DNA of 64,000 bases, from NCBI GenBank assembly GCA_050187295.1, contig JBFWXQ010000001.1, positions 27,574-91,573 on the forward strand, written 5' to 3'. The stretch comes from Blastocatellales bacterium (lineage in GTDB: Bacteria > Acidobacteriota > Blastocatellia > RBC074). The notes beneath the pieces are model-generated. The model was not told the DNA's origin. It ran no database searches and saw only the letters and a program-made list of their open reading frames with translations. Below, one piece after another: positions 31,479 to 41,440 of this stretch. Position 1 is the first letter of the stretch. Each line of letters starts with the position of its first letter. A program made the translations under genes and the position numbers.

Positions 31479-31717
31479 GAATTCCGCTCCTCTTCGATCT
31501 GCGCATCAATCTCTTCAGCGCTTCTGCGCATTTCTGAAGGGAGGCGGTTGGCACGCAGAAAAGCAAGAATCTCCGCCGCGTTCCCTTTGCCCGTAGTTGA
31601 TTCATCCGTCTCTTCGAGCAGTGTAACCAGCGCACGAGTAGGTTTGGTGAGCTTGACCGGTTCACACAAACGGACATTGCCATTTACATCAATTTCGGCT
31701 TCAACTGTTTGCAGCAT
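31469..31717 (-). CDS. Putative antitoxin (DUF104-like), TA pair 2
   Basis: 82 aa. 'TVEAEIDVNGNVRLCEPVKL' resembles the DUF104 antitoxin N-terminus. 10-nt overlap with the PIN gene. Confidence 0.5.
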   Translation of the reverse strand: MLQTVEAEIDVNGNVRLCEPVKLTKPTRALVTLLEETDESTTGKGNAAEILAFLRANRLPSEMRRSAEEIDAQIEEERNSWD

Positions 31718-31750
31718 AACTATTACCTCTCAAAACTTCTCGACCCATTT

Positions 31751-33421
31751 TTACTTCTTTGACTCCATCTCGCGCAACTCGCGGCGAAGAACCTTGCCGA
31801 CGGCGCTTTTCGGCAAGGCGGGAACTATTTCGATCACCGAAGGCACTTTGTATTTCGCCAGATTCGTTTTGCAAAACTCCGACAGTTCTTCGACCGTCGC
31901 CGATGCGCCGGGTTTCAGCACGACGAAAGCCTTGACCGCTTCGCCGCGATATTCGTCGGGAACGCCAATGACTGCGGCTTCCAGCACCGCCGGATGCGTG
32001 AACAAAACGTCTTCGACTTCGTTCGGATAAACGTTGAAACCGCTGACTATGATCATGTCTTTCTTGCGCTGGACTATGTAAAAGTAACCGTCTTCGTCCA
32101 TGCGCGCGACATCGCCTGTGTAAAGCCATCCGTCGCGCAAAGCGATGGCGGTTTCTTCTGGGCGGTTCCAATAACCTTTCATGACCTGAGGGCCGCGAAT
32201 GCAAAGCTCGCCTTCCTGGCCGAGCGGCACTTCCTGAGTTCCAGTTTCCAGATCAACGATTTTGACTTCGGTCGAAGGATATGTCAGCCCTATGCTGCCG
32301 GGTTTGCGGCGAGCCAGCGTCGGCGTCGAATGCGTGGTCGGCGATGTTTCCGTCAGTCCGTATCCTTCGTATAGCATTGCCCCGCTCATCTGTTCGAACT
32401 TTTCAATCACTTCAACCGGCAACGGAGCCGAGCCGCTGTTGAATCGCCGCACGTATTCCAGGCCGCAGGTTTTGATTTCAGGATGATTGAGCATGGAAAT
32501 GTACAGCGTCGGCACGCCCGGAAAGAAAGTCGGTCTGTAAGTTTTGATCGCTTGAATCAGCGCGTCGGGATCGAACTTCGGCACGGGAATCTGCATCGCG
32601 CCGGTCCAGGTTCCCAACAGCAAACCGACCGTCTGGCCGTAAATGTGAAAGTATGGGATGACCATCAGATAACGTTCGTCGCCGCGTTGAGTCAGTTCTT
32701 TGCCCCAGACGTATGATTGAATGACGTTCGAGTAAAGATTGAAATGCGTCAGCATCGCGCCTTTGGGAACGCCGGTCGTGCCGCCGGTGTATTGCAACAC
32801 GGCCACGTCTTCTTCTGGCGTGATGGAAACGCGCGGCAGAGAAATCCCCGCAACTTCGTTGATCAAAGCGGTGAGAGAAAGCGTGCCTTCTGGCGCGGGC
32901 GGCGCAGTTTCCGGCTTTGCCGAATATTCCTGAAGACTGGTGACGATGACGTTTTCAATCGCGGTGTTGGGTTGAACGCCAAGCACTGTCTGCGCCATCA
33001 GGTCGAGGACGATAATCGCCTTGATGCCGGAATCCTTCGCCACCATTTCGACTTCGCGTGGCGTGTAAATCGGATTGATGTTCGTGACAATAGCTCCCAA
33101 TCGAACGATGGCGAAAAAACCGATCAGATATTGCGGGCAGTTCGGCAACATAATGCCCACGCGGTCGCCTTTCGATACGCCCAGCTTCGCCAACGAAGTC
33201 GCCAACCGGTCAACCTGCGATTTGATTTCGCTGAAAGTCAGAAACGCGCCCAGAAAAGCCGTCGCTCTTTTGTCGCGAAAACTGCTGCTGGCGATTTGCA
33301 GAATCTGGTAAAGCTGCTGGCGCGGCATGTTCAATTCAGCCGGAACCCAGAAATCGTAATGTTTCAGCCAGGGTTTGGCGGCATACGGTGAACTGTTGGC
33401 ATTATCGGCAGTGTTTGTCAT
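31751..33421 (-). CDS. Long-chain fatty-acid--CoA ligase (AMP-binding enzyme)
   Basis: AMP-binding signatures '[16 protein letters not shown]' and 'YGLTETSP'. C-terminal '[10 protein letters not shown]'. 556 aa. Confidence 0.85.
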   Translation of the reverse strand: MTNTADNANSSPYAAKPWLKHYDFWVPAELNMPRQQLYQILQIASSSFRDKRATAFLGAFLTFSEIKSQVDRLATSLAKLGVSKGDRVGIMLPNCPQYLIGFFAIVRLGAIVTNINPIYTPREVEMVAKDSGIKAIIVLDLMAQTVLGVQPNTAIENVIVTSLQEYSAKPETAPPAPEGTLSLTALINEVAGISLPRVSITPEEDVAVLQYTGGTTGVPKGAMLTHFNLYSNVIQSYVWGKELTQRGDERYLMVIPYFHIYGQTVGLLLGTWTGAMQIPVPKFDPDALIQAIKTYRPTFFPGVPTLYISMLNHPEIKTCGLEYVRRFNSGSAPLPVEVIEKFEQMSGAMLYEGYGLTETSPTTHSTPTLARRKPGSIGLTYPSTEVKIVDLETGTQEVPLGQEGELCIRGPQVMKGYWNRPEETAIALRDGWLYTGDVARMDEDGYFYIVQRKKDMIIVSGFNVYPNEVEDVLFTHPAVLEAAVIGVPDEYRGEAVKAFVVLKPGASATVEELSEFCKTNLAKYKVPSVIEIVPALPKSAVGKVLRRELREMESKK

Positions 33422-33455
33422 CGTTCAGTTTGATCTCCATTTTGATTTGGCCGGC

Positions 33456-34028
33456 TTATTTAATGCGTTTGGCTTCTTCCTGAATGACTTCATTCAGCGC
33501 GTTCATGATTTTGGGCATCATGATTTCGCCCGATTTCTGAATGCTATCGGTTGCCAGTTTCGGCATAATCTGAATCGTTTTTTTGCCCGTCGGGGTTCTG
33601 TAAAACACAAGCAGGTCTTTCAGCTCGTCTTCAGTGAAATATTTGTCGTATAACTCCAGGCTGATCTGTTCCAGCAACTCAGCGTAATTGATTGTCCCGA
33701 ACACCTTCTCTCGAAATGCCTTGAGCATTCGGTCTGAATATTTATTGTAATCGTTCTGCAAGGCCTCTCTTTGCCTGGGTGTCAATTTGTCTTCCGCCAT
33801 TTGCTGGGCCATCAACTGATTCATGATTCTGGGGAATTCCTGCTCCATCTGCATCATCATTGACCTGCTGGTGGCTTCTGCCAGTTTGACGGATTCGGTG
33901 ACTTCCAATAACTCTTTGATCAATGCACGCTTTTGTGGAGCGATAGCATTTTGGGAATAAGCCTGTGCGCAAAATGCCACGAGTAGCAAAATTATGCTGA
34001 AGATTGAAAAGGTTGTTTTGATTCTCAT
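33456..34028 (-). CDS. Secreted DUF2059-like protein
   Basis: Signal peptide. 'LLVFYRTPTGKKT' matches the DUF2059 core. 190 aa. Confidence 0.55.
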   Translation of the reverse strand: MRIKTTFSIFSIILLLVAFCAQAYSQNAIAPQKRALIKELLEVTESVKLAEATSRSMMMQMEQEFPRIMNQLMAQQMAEDKLTPRQREALQNDYNKYSDRMLKAFREKVFGTINYAELLEQISLELYDKYFTEDELKDLLVFYRTPTGKKTIQIMPKLATDSIQKSGEIMMPKIMNALNEVIQEEAKRIK

Positions 34029-34075
34029 TTATTCTCCATTTTCAGTTTGGCCGAAGAGCAATATTGCCATCAGAA

Positions 34076-35581
34076 TCACCTGATTGGTTTACCCCATTCG
34101 ACGGAATTTCGCAGGGTGGGTTTCAGAATCTTGCCGCCGGGATTGCGCGGCAACATTTCCGGGCGGATGACGACATATTGCGGGACTTTGAAATCGGCCA
34201 GATGTTTGCGCGCGAAGGCGATCAATTCTGATTCGTCAATTTGCTGGCCCGGCCGCGGCACAATCACCGCGCCGACTTTTTCGCCCATCACTTCGTCTGG
34301 AACTCCGATCACGGCGACTTCAAACACCGCCGGGTGAGCCGCCAGAGCGTTTTCAACCTCGACGCAATAAACGTTTTCGCCGCCGCGACAGATCATGTCC
34401 TTTTTGCGATCAACTATGTAAACGAAACCTTCCGGGCTGATGCGAGCCATATCGCCCGTATGCAACCATCCATTGACGAAAGCGGCTTCAGTCGCTTCGG
34501 GCTTGTTCCAATAACCTTTGACGACGTTGGCTCCGCGAATCAGCAATTCGCCGACGCCGCTTTCTTGATCAACCTCGAACAATTGCAAATCCACAACCGG
34601 AGCGGCGAAACCAACCGAATCGGCATGTTCGCGCGAATATTCGTGCGGCAGAAAAGTCGCCACCGACGAGGTTTCGGACAATCCGAATCCATTGCCGACG
34701 CGGGCGTTCGGGAAAGCTTCGATCAGTTTGCCGACCAGTTCCGGCGCAATCGGCGCTCCGCCGTAAGTCAGCCAGCGAACGTGGCTGACATCGTATTCCT
34801 TGAAATTCGGCTGACTGATTGCCAGCCAATGAATTGCCGGGACAGTGGTCACGGAATTTGTCCGTTCTTCAACCATCGCTTTCAGATATTCCTGGACGTT
34901 GAACGCGGGCATGATCACCGAAGCGCTGCCGGTAGCACAGCAGCAAAGAAACTGCGAATTGCATCCCGTGACGTGAAACAGCGGAACCGAAATCAATGTG
35001 CGAACGCTGCCATCGGTTGGCAGGTTGACGACGCGAACGCAGTTTTCGTTGTTGGTCAGAAAATTGGCGTGAGTCGTAATCGCGCCTTTCGGAAAGCCCG
35101 TCGTGCCGCTGGTGTAAAAAATGGCGGAAGCGTCTTCGGCCTGCAAATCTTCAACCGCGAAAGGCGAGCCATCCGGCAATGCTTCGCCCGGCTTGAAAGA
35201 ATACTTCGAGCCTGAATCGTTGATGACATATTCGACTTCAGGTTCGGCAAAACGCGTGTTTACCGGAACCGCAATCGCGCCCGCCAGTTGAATGCCAAAG
35301 AAAGCCAGGCACCAATCCAAACCGTTGCCTAGCTGAATCGCCACGCGGTCGCCGCGATTGATGTCCATGGCTTTCAAACCGCCGGCCACGCGCGCCGCTC
35401 GATCCCAAAGCTGTTGGTAATTGACGCGCTCGCCGCCGAGTTCGACAACGGCTTCAGCGTTCGGCGATTTGTCGGTCGTAGCTCGCAACATTTCGACCAG
35501 CGAGTTCTGCATGTTGTCATATCGCAAAATGCCGTCCGTTCCGCGAATCGTGCCTGAATAATCGAATGGGCGAATCATCAA
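34076..35581 (-). CDS. Acyl-CoA synthetase / AMP-dependent ligase
   Basis: 'YTSGTTGFPKGAITTH', 'GLSETSS', 'GWLHTGD'. 501 aa. Confidence 0.85.
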   Translation of the reverse strand: MMIRPFDYSGTIRGTDGILRYDNMQNSLVEMLRATTDKSPNAEAVVELGGERVNYQQLWDRAARVAGGLKAMDINRGDRVAIQLGNGLDWCLAFFGIQLAGAIAVPVNTRFAEPEVEYVINDSGSKYSFKPGEALPDGSPFAVEDLQAEDASAIFYTSGTTGFPKGAITTHANFLTNNENCVRVVNLPTDGSVRTLISVPLFHVTGCNSQFLCCCATGSASVIMPAFNVQEYLKAMVEERTNSVTTVPAIHWLAISQPNFKEYDVSHVRWLTYGGAPIAPELVGKLIEAFPNARVGNGFGLSETSSVATFLPHEYSREHADSVGFAAPVVDLQLFEVDQESGVGELLIRGANVVKGYWNKPEATEAAFVNGWLHTGDMARISPEGFVYIVDRKKDMICRGGENVYCVEVENALAAHPAVFEVAVIGVPDEVMGEKVGAVIVPRPGQQIDESELIAFARKHLADFKVPQYVVIRPEMLPRNPGGKILKPTLRNSVEWGKPIR

Positions 35582-36555
35582 TAAGCTCCTTGTGTTTCAA
35601 AAATCCTGCGCGGGTTTTCAACCAGCATGGTGTTCAATTGTTCGTCCGTCACTCCGCGCGATTTCAACGCCGGAATCACGTCGTTGTGAATGTGCAGGTA
35701 ATGCCAGTTCGGCAACACGACGGGCAGCGCGCGTTCCGGCAACCAGTCGTTGACGCAGGCAGCATCGTGCGACAAAACCATTTTATCGGCGTGGCCGCGT
35801 TCGCACATTTTGGCAACCGTGTTCACGCGGTCTTCAAACGGCAGCAAGGTGTCTATGCCAAAACGATCCATGCCGATGTAAGAACCGTTGGCGATTAATT
35901 CTTCCAGGTAGCCGATGTCGGTCGTGTCTCCACTGTGGCCGATGACGACGCGCGAAAGGTCGACACCTTCTTCTGCAAAAATCCTCTGCTGTTCCAATCC
36001 TCGCCGGGTGTGAGCGTGCGTGTGAGTCGAAATCGGCACTCCGGTCTGACGATGCGCCTGAGCCGTTGCTCTGAGCACGCGTTCAATGCCCGGAGTCACG
36101 CCCGGTTCGTCCGTCGCGCATTTCAACATACCGGCTTTGATTCCGGTGTCGGCGATTCCCTCAGTGATGTCGCGGATGAACATTGCGGTCATCAATTCAT
36201 CGCCGCCCAGAATTGTCCCGGGCCCCTGAAAGTGAAAATAAAACGGCAGGTCATTGTATGTGTAAACGCCCGTCGCGACGATGATGTTGATTTCGGTTTG
36301 AGCGGCGATGCGCTGGATGCGCGGAATGTAACGGCCAAGCCCGATCACGGTCAGATCAACGACGGTGTCAACTCCGCGAGCCTTCAATTCGTTCATTCGC
36401 TCAACGGCGTCGGCAATGCGTTTTTCTTCGTCTCCCCACTGTTCGGGAAAGTTCTGCATGATTTCTGTCGAAAGCACAAAGATGTGTTCGTGCATCAGCG
36501 TCACGCCAAGCTGCGATGTGTCAACCGCGCCGCGCACGGTGTTGATTGATGGCAT
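35578..36555 (-). CDS. Phosphotriesterase-family (PTE/Php) metal-dependent hydrolase
   Basis: 'GVTLMHEHIFV' HxH metal site near the N-terminus. Start at MPSINTV (ATG 36555) after AGGAGA. 4-nt ATGA overlap with the upstream ligase gene. Confidence 0.8.
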   Translation of the reverse strand: MPSINTVRGAVDTSQLGVTLMHEHIFVLSTEIMQNFPEQWGDEEKRIADAVERMNELKARGVDTVVDLTVIGLGRYIPRIQRIAAQTEINIIVATGVYTYNDLPFYFHFQGPGTILGGDELMTAMFIRDITEGIADTGIKAGMLKCATDEPGVTPGIERVLRATAQAHRQTGVPISTHTHAHTRRGLEQQRIFAEEGVDLSRVVIGHSGDTTDIGYLEELIANGSYIGMDRFGIDTLLPFEDRVNTVAKMCERGHADKMVLSHDAACVNDWLPERALPVVLPNWHYLHIHNDVIPALKSRGVTDEQLNTMLVENPRRIFETQGAY

Positions 36556-36720
36556 TGTTTTGATCTCCTGTTGAAACGCGTGAAGCAGGCCTGAACCGCC
36601 TTGCCCGATTGGCGCGGTATTTTGGAATAGACCCGCTAAGTTGACAAGCAAGCCGCTGATTCATTCGTCCATAGCACGATTGTATTTGGTGTGGTTTGAG
36701 AGAATGTTCATAGAGAATGT

Positions 36721-36892
36721 TCATATAGTTAGCTCCGTCAGGAGCGACCTGTTTATAGCTTTGGTTTAGCAATTTCCTTATAGCAGTTTTCAGGTGAGTG
36801 CGACTTATACACGCGGGAATAGTAGGACAGGTTAATAACCTGTCCTACTATCGGGTCGCGCCTGACGGAGCTACCACCCGCGCAAACTACTT
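36721..36892. repeat. Palindromic MITE/REP-like element upstream of the NACHT gene. Contains the 45-nt core shared with 13778-13822.
   Basis: 'TAGCTCCGTCAGGAGCGACCTGTTTATAG' at 36721 pairs as an inverted repeat with 'GTCGCGCCTGACGGAGCTA' at 36857-36875. The end 'GGAGCTACCACCCGC' matches the end of the 40.8-kb copy. Confidence 0.5.
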
Positions 36893-37005
36893 TTGTGCCT
36901 CAGTTCTTTTCTTCCCGCTGTGTTAAACTTCGCGCCGCCGCAGAAGCCTCAAGCGGCAGCAACCGACGCCAAACTTCAACCACGAATCCGGGCAAGTGAA
37001 CCCTT

Positions 37006-40000
37006 ATGAGCTATCCCAACCGCGACATCTTTCTGACGCAGACCGAACAAGACCGATTGCGAAAACTGTTCGATGAAAAGAAGGTCAAACCCATCACAGA
37101 CTTTCTTTCAAAAGCCGTCGAACAGGTCAAAGACGGCAAGGGCTGGGCTGAATCCTTTCTGGCCGCCGCTCCGTGGATGGCCGACATAGCCGAAGCCGTT
37201 GGAACCGCGCTGCCGATTATCGGCGCAGCCGTCAAGTTGATCGAGAAATGGCTGGAGCCTGAGTTGTGGGAATTGGGAGCGATTGCCTGCACTCTGGCTT
37301 ATCAATCGGCGGTTCGCGATGCGCTTGAAGCCGAAAAATCTTCGTCCGTGGATCAATACCGCGCGGGCAAAAAGATTGACGCCAAAATCGTCCGCCAAAT
37401 CAGAGATGCCTCGCCAGCCGAACAAGCCGACCTGAGTACCTTTTCATTCGAAGACGCAGCCAATCACGTTTTCGTTCGTCGAGCTGACCGCGCTCTGGAA
37501 ATCGCGCTTGATGCGGCTGGTTTTGACGCAAAACAGCAAGCCGGAATCTTTAATCGTGTCCACGATGGTTTTGTTGAAAAGCTGAAACTGTTGCTGTCTG
37601 ACCGCCGGACCGCCGAAAAGTTCGAGCCATTCCATAAAGCCATAAATGAACTGGGTAACGAAGAGAAGCGGGCGCATATCGCTCTGGCCACTCACGCCGA
37701 ATATCAGCGAGAACAGTATGAAGCCGCGCCGGTCTTTCGCTTTGAACCATTCGCGCTGAAAGACGTTTACGTCGAAACCGAATGCGGCGTGCTGGAATGG
37801 CGGGAAATCAAAAAGCATATGGACAAACGGCAGGCTCACGACGGCGAACCGGCAGAGCGCGACTTTTCTCCGTTCAGTCCAAAGCACGGCGGGCGGCATA
37901 ACCTGATTAATACGGTGATGGGTTTTATTCGCGATCCCGATTTCAAAGAAGCCATCGTTCTGCAGGGAGAAACGGGCGCGGGGAAATCTTCCTTCACCAT
38001 TCGTCTCAGCACCGAATTGCTCAATGCCGGATTCTGTCCAATTCGCGTCAGGCTAAAAAAGTTGCGTTTGGGCGAACCGCTGATCGAATCACTGCCGGAT
38101 GCCATCGAACTCGGCGACGAAGATCGGCTGGCGAAAAACCCGCTGACCAAACCGCGAGACATGCTGTTGGGCGGGCGAATTTTCAATGAACGATATGGCA
38201 CGACGAACCTGTGCCGATACGTTTTGATTTTGGACGGTTGGGACGAATTGAGTCTGGCCGACAACAAAAGCTTCCGCGACAACGTACAGGAAATGTTGCG
38301 GCAAGTGCGAGACGAATTCTGGGGCGGTAAATACTCCACGCTGGTTCGTGTCCTTGTCACCGGACGGCCATCGAATGAAGTGGGAGAGGATAAATACTTC
38401 CTGCGCTCTGAAACCAAAATCCTGACGATGCGGCGGATGAAGTCTGCCCAACTTAGCCAACTTGTCGGCGCGATGAAAACCGCGCTGGAAACTCAGCCGG
38501 TTTACACCGAAAACGAAGCCACCTGGCAGATTACCGACCTGACAAAGTTCGAGCCTGTTTTCAATGACAACATAAAATTCTTAGATGAAGAAGAGGCCTT
38601 ACGGTTGGAAGTTTTGGGTTCGCCATTGCTGGCTTATCTGGCGATTCGAGTGATGGCCGAAACCGAAGGCGATCTGACCGAACTGATCAATCAACCAACA
38701 CGGCTTTATCGCGAACTGACCGATCTGACCTGCGGCGGCGCCGGCAAATACATTGCGGACAAACGCGACAAACCCGGCGAGCGCGATGTCTGGTGGCGAA
38801 CCGAACAGCCCAAATTGCGCCGTTTGTTGCAACGCACGGCGGCGGCGATGACCATCAACGGCAAGGAATACATTTCAAAAGAACAATTGTTGCGCCGCGT
38901 TTTTGACGACGGCGAAAACGACGAAGCTGACGACATCATCGCCCAGGCAGAGCGCGAATCTTCGCTGTCCAGGCTGATGGTCAGTTTCTTTTTCAAAGGC
39001 GGTCATCCTGAAATGGGTTGCGAGTTTTCGCATAAATCCTTCCGCGAATATCTGACTGCCGAATGCATTGTCGAAGTGTTAAAGGATTTCGGACACCGTA
39101 GCGATGGTTTTGATTTCCGGCGACGCCCGAAACCGGAGCGGGATTTTTTGTCGAATGGCGACGACCCGCGACATGAATTTTCCCGGCGATTGTCTGAACT
39201 GCTGGCTCCACAATGGTTGAAGTGGGAAGTCATCGGATATCTGGGCGAATTGCTGCGATGGGAAATTCAACGCAGCCGTAACGGTACGGAGAGCGTGAGC
39301 GACCCGGACCTGACTCGGGTCGCTCACGCTCCCCGTACTGCATCGCCGTCAGCCAATACCTTTCGCCAATGGGAACAGATTCGTGACGGGCTGGCCGACT
39401 TGTGGGAATGGTGGGTTGACGGAGCGCATCTGCGACCCCAATGGGAGGGAAAAGGCAAGAAGCGCTATATTGTTCCGGCATATGTTCACGATTTGATCAA
39501 ATGGTCTGCGCCGCTGGATGAACAGGAAACATACGATCAATCCATTGGCTTTGAAACTGCTACGGCAATGGACGCGCATATGGGCGACGGGTTGTTCAGG
39601 CTTTGTGCCTGGGTGCATTTTTTTATTGCCGAAGCCGATGGTTGGCTGGAAGAACAAGAAGAGGAAAAACAAATAACACCAAGTATTTTATCGGGAAAAA
39701 CCATAGCTCCCTCTCAACGTTACTATCAAAGTTTAACCATACGAGAAAAACGGGAATGGCGAGTCTTTGCACCTTCTGGGATCAGATGGGAGTCTTTCGA
39801 TCACATCATTGCCCGTATCAACTCCGATTCAAGCCGCCCCGGATGGTTATTTCCTTCGAATAGCAACTTGTCTGGAATTGATTTTAGTAATACACGGTTG
39901 GCTGGTACACTCCTTGATGACTCAATCCTAAAATGGGCCAATCTCAGTAATACCACTCTCCGACGTGCAGCACTTTATAGTGTAAATTTTGAAGGCGCAT

Positions 40001-40329
40001 TTCTTGATTGGGCAAGTCTAGAACACGCACGACTTGACGGCGCTATCCTCGACCGCGCTCGCCTCTCCGGCGCTCGCCTCTCCGGCGCTAGCCTCGACGG
40101 CGCTAGCCTCGACGGCGCTAGCCTCGACGGCGCAGACTTATCAGATGCTCGTAATCTGACACGAGAGCAGATTGAGAGCGCGCACATTGACGAACACACG
40201 CAATTGCCCAAGGAGTTCGAGCAGTTGAAACAGGAGATGCTGGCGCGACAGCGGCATGCGGAATCGGAATCGGAAGAGTTGGAGATTGAAGAAGAGTCGG
40301 ATGAATTGGATGACGACGGCGAATCTTGA
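37006..40329 (+). CDS. STAND/NACHT-family P-loop NTPase with an N-terminal helical domain of unknown function, C-terminal pentapeptide repeats and an acidic tail
   Basis: Walker A 'GETGAGKSS' and Walker B 'YVLILDGWDEL' (the NACHT hhhhDGxDE form). More than 20 pentapeptide repeats 'A(N/D)LSN / ARLSG / ASLDG' at aa ~960-1060. Tail 'ESESEELEIEEESDELDDDGES'. Hydrophobic stretch 'FLAAAPWMADIAEAVGTALPIIGAAVKLI' near the N-terminus. Confidence 0.7.
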   Translation: MSYPNRDIFLTQTEQDRLRKLFDEKKVKPITDFLSKAVEQVKDGKGWAESFLAAAPWMADIAEAVGTALPIIGAAVKLIEKWLEPELWELGAIACTLAYQSAVRDALEAEKSSSVDQYRAGKKIDAKIVRQIRDASPAEQADLSTFSFEDAANHVFVRRADRALEIALDAAGFDAKQQAGIFNRVHDGFVEKLKLLLSDRRTAEKFEPFHKAINELGNEEKRAHIALATHAEYQREQYEAAPVFRFEPFALKDVYVETECGVLEWREIKKHMDKRQAHDGEPAERDFSPFSPKHGGRHNLINTVMGFIRDPDFKEAIVLQGETGAGKSSFTIRLSTELLNAGFCPIRVRLKKLRLGEPLIESLPDAIELGDEDRLAKNPLTKPRDMLLGGRIFNERYGTTNLCRYVLILDGWDELSLADNKSFRDNVQEMLRQVRDEFWGGKYSTLVRVLVTGRPSNEVGEDKYFLRSETKILTMRRMKSAQLSQLVGAMKTALETQPVYTENEATWQITDLTKFEPVFNDNIKFLDEEEALRLEVLGSPLLAYLAIRVMAETEGDLTELINQPTRLYRELTDLTCGGAGKYIADKRDKPGERDVWWRTEQPKLRRLLQRTAAAMTINGKEYISKEQLLRRVFDDGENDEADDIIAQAERESSLSRLMVSFFFKGGHPEMGCEFSHKSFREYLTAECIVEVLKDFGHRSDGFDFRRRPKPERDFLSNGDDPRHEFSRRLSELLAPQWLKWEVIGYLGELLRWEIQRSRNGTESVSDPDLTRVAHAPRTASPSANTFRQWEQIRDGLADLWEWWVDGAHLRPQWEGKGKKRYIVPAYVHDLIKWSAPLDEQETYDQSIGFETATAMDAHMGDGLFRLCAWVHFFIAEADGWLEEQEEEKQITPSILSGKTIAPSQRYYQSLTIREKREWRVFAPSGIRWESFDHIIARINSDSSRPGWLFPSNSNLSGIDFSNTRLAGTLLDDSILKWANLSNTTLRRAALYSVNFEGAFLDWASLEHARLDGAILDRARLSGARLSGASLDGASLDGASLDGADLSDARNLTREQIESAHIDEHTQLPKEFEQLKQEMLARQRHAESESEELEIEEESDELDDDGES

Positions 40330-40680
40330 TCCGCCAATTTTCTGTTGGCGCTACCGTACTTTGTATGGGTGAAAACCGCATCTGCGGCTGCGGCTGCCTG
40401 ATGTGCGGAAGGTCTTTGACCTTCCGGCATTGCTTTCAATTTCTCCTGGGGCTACGCCCCGACCGCTGGGGCATAGGCCCAAAATCATCGCCCATTTACC
40501 GGTATGGCTAAGCTATACCACACATCGGGCGGCGAAGCCGCGAAATCTTACCTGCTGAAATTATGGAATGTCGTGATTTCCCATCCTTCAAGTGCAACTG
40601 CTTGACGATTGGCGAGGCTGGCTCTTAAACTCCGACGCTAAAGCAATCAAATCAAATCCGGCACTACCGAATTTGTGTGG

Positions 40681-40845
40681 GTTGTAGTTCCGTAGGAACG
40701 ACCTGTTTATAGTTATCAGGGTGACAGATCTTGAAGCTCCGTCAGGAGCGACCTGTGACCAGAGATCGCTCCTGACGGAGCTTTGTGGAAATTGAATAGC
40801 TCCATCTATAAACAGGCCGCTCCTGATGGAGCTAACCACCGCCAA
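40681..40845. repeat. Palindromic MITE/REP-like element, same family as 36721-36892
   Basis: Perfect 17-bp hairpin 'AGCTCCGTCAGGAGCGA…TCGCTCCTGACGGAGCT' (40735-40782). Outer inverted repeat 'cgacctgtttatag' / 'ctataaacaggccgc'. Ends 'GGAGCTAACCACCGCC'. Confidence 0.5.
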
Positions 40846-41038
40846 TTCCCACACCAATCACCGTAGCGCCTCAAAATTCAAACAGACTGGAACGCGGGCA
40901 ATGCCGTCATTCGTTGGCAATAGCAGTGAAATCAACCGCAGACTCTTTGCTGCTGCGCCGCCTGATGTGCGGAAGGCCTGTGGCCTTCCGGGTAATTGAA
41001 AAGATATTGAAGTCAAGAAGATGATTTTCCGATCAGAA

Positions 41039-41227
41039 CCCCGGAGGGGTGAAAAGAAATTAGCCCAGGGTGAAACCCTGGGTGTAGTTAGCAAAGTTTC
41101 CAAGCCCCAGCGGGGCGACAGACGTCGCTATTCCGAAGGTGCTTCTACCGCCCCGCTGGGGCTTGAATGGTTAATGGCCTCGTTCCCCGGATTGCATCCG
41201 GGGCTATCCTCTTGCTGTCCCTCCGAG
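41039..41227 (+). ncRNA. Candidate GC-rich structured RNA of unknown family (~190 nt)
   Basis: Closing helix CCGGAGGG(41042) with CCCTCCG(41219). Hairpin CCCAGGG-tgaaa-CCCTGGG. Perfect 13-bp long-range helix AGCCCCAGCGGGG(41103-41115) with CCCCGCTGGGGCT(41151-41163), enclosing hairpin GCGAC-aga-CGTCGC. Hairpin CCCCGGA-ttgca-TCCGGGG. No ORF with an RBS. Strand not determined. Confidence 0.3.
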
Positions 41228-41410
41228 ACTTTCTTCTGAAGTTCATTCTCTTAAATGCTATATCATTTGCGCGCAAGCAGCACTCCTTATCGAGGATGGT
41301 GATGATGCAGTCATAGCCACCAATAACGTTGCCCATCTGTCATTATTTGCGCCTGCTGTTCTTTGGCAAGATATTCAATAACTTAAATCCAAGAGCTTTG
41401 AACCCTATGC

Positions 41411-41440
41411 TTGACGATTGGCGAGGCTGGCTCTTAAACT
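41411..41440 (+). promoter_or_regulatory. Sigma-70-like promoter candidate upstream of acnA; a second copy is at 40602-40631
   Basis: TTGACG (41411-41416), 17-nt spacer ATTGGCGAGGCTGGCTC, then TTAAAC/TAAACT. The identical 36-nt string occurs at 40602-40637. Confidence 0.35.

Noticed and set aside
39975-40439. 154-aa minus-strand ORF rich in Ser/Asp/Arg across the pentapeptide-repeat region
   Set aside because: Low-complexity antisense translation of the pentapeptide/acidic-tail coding repeats.
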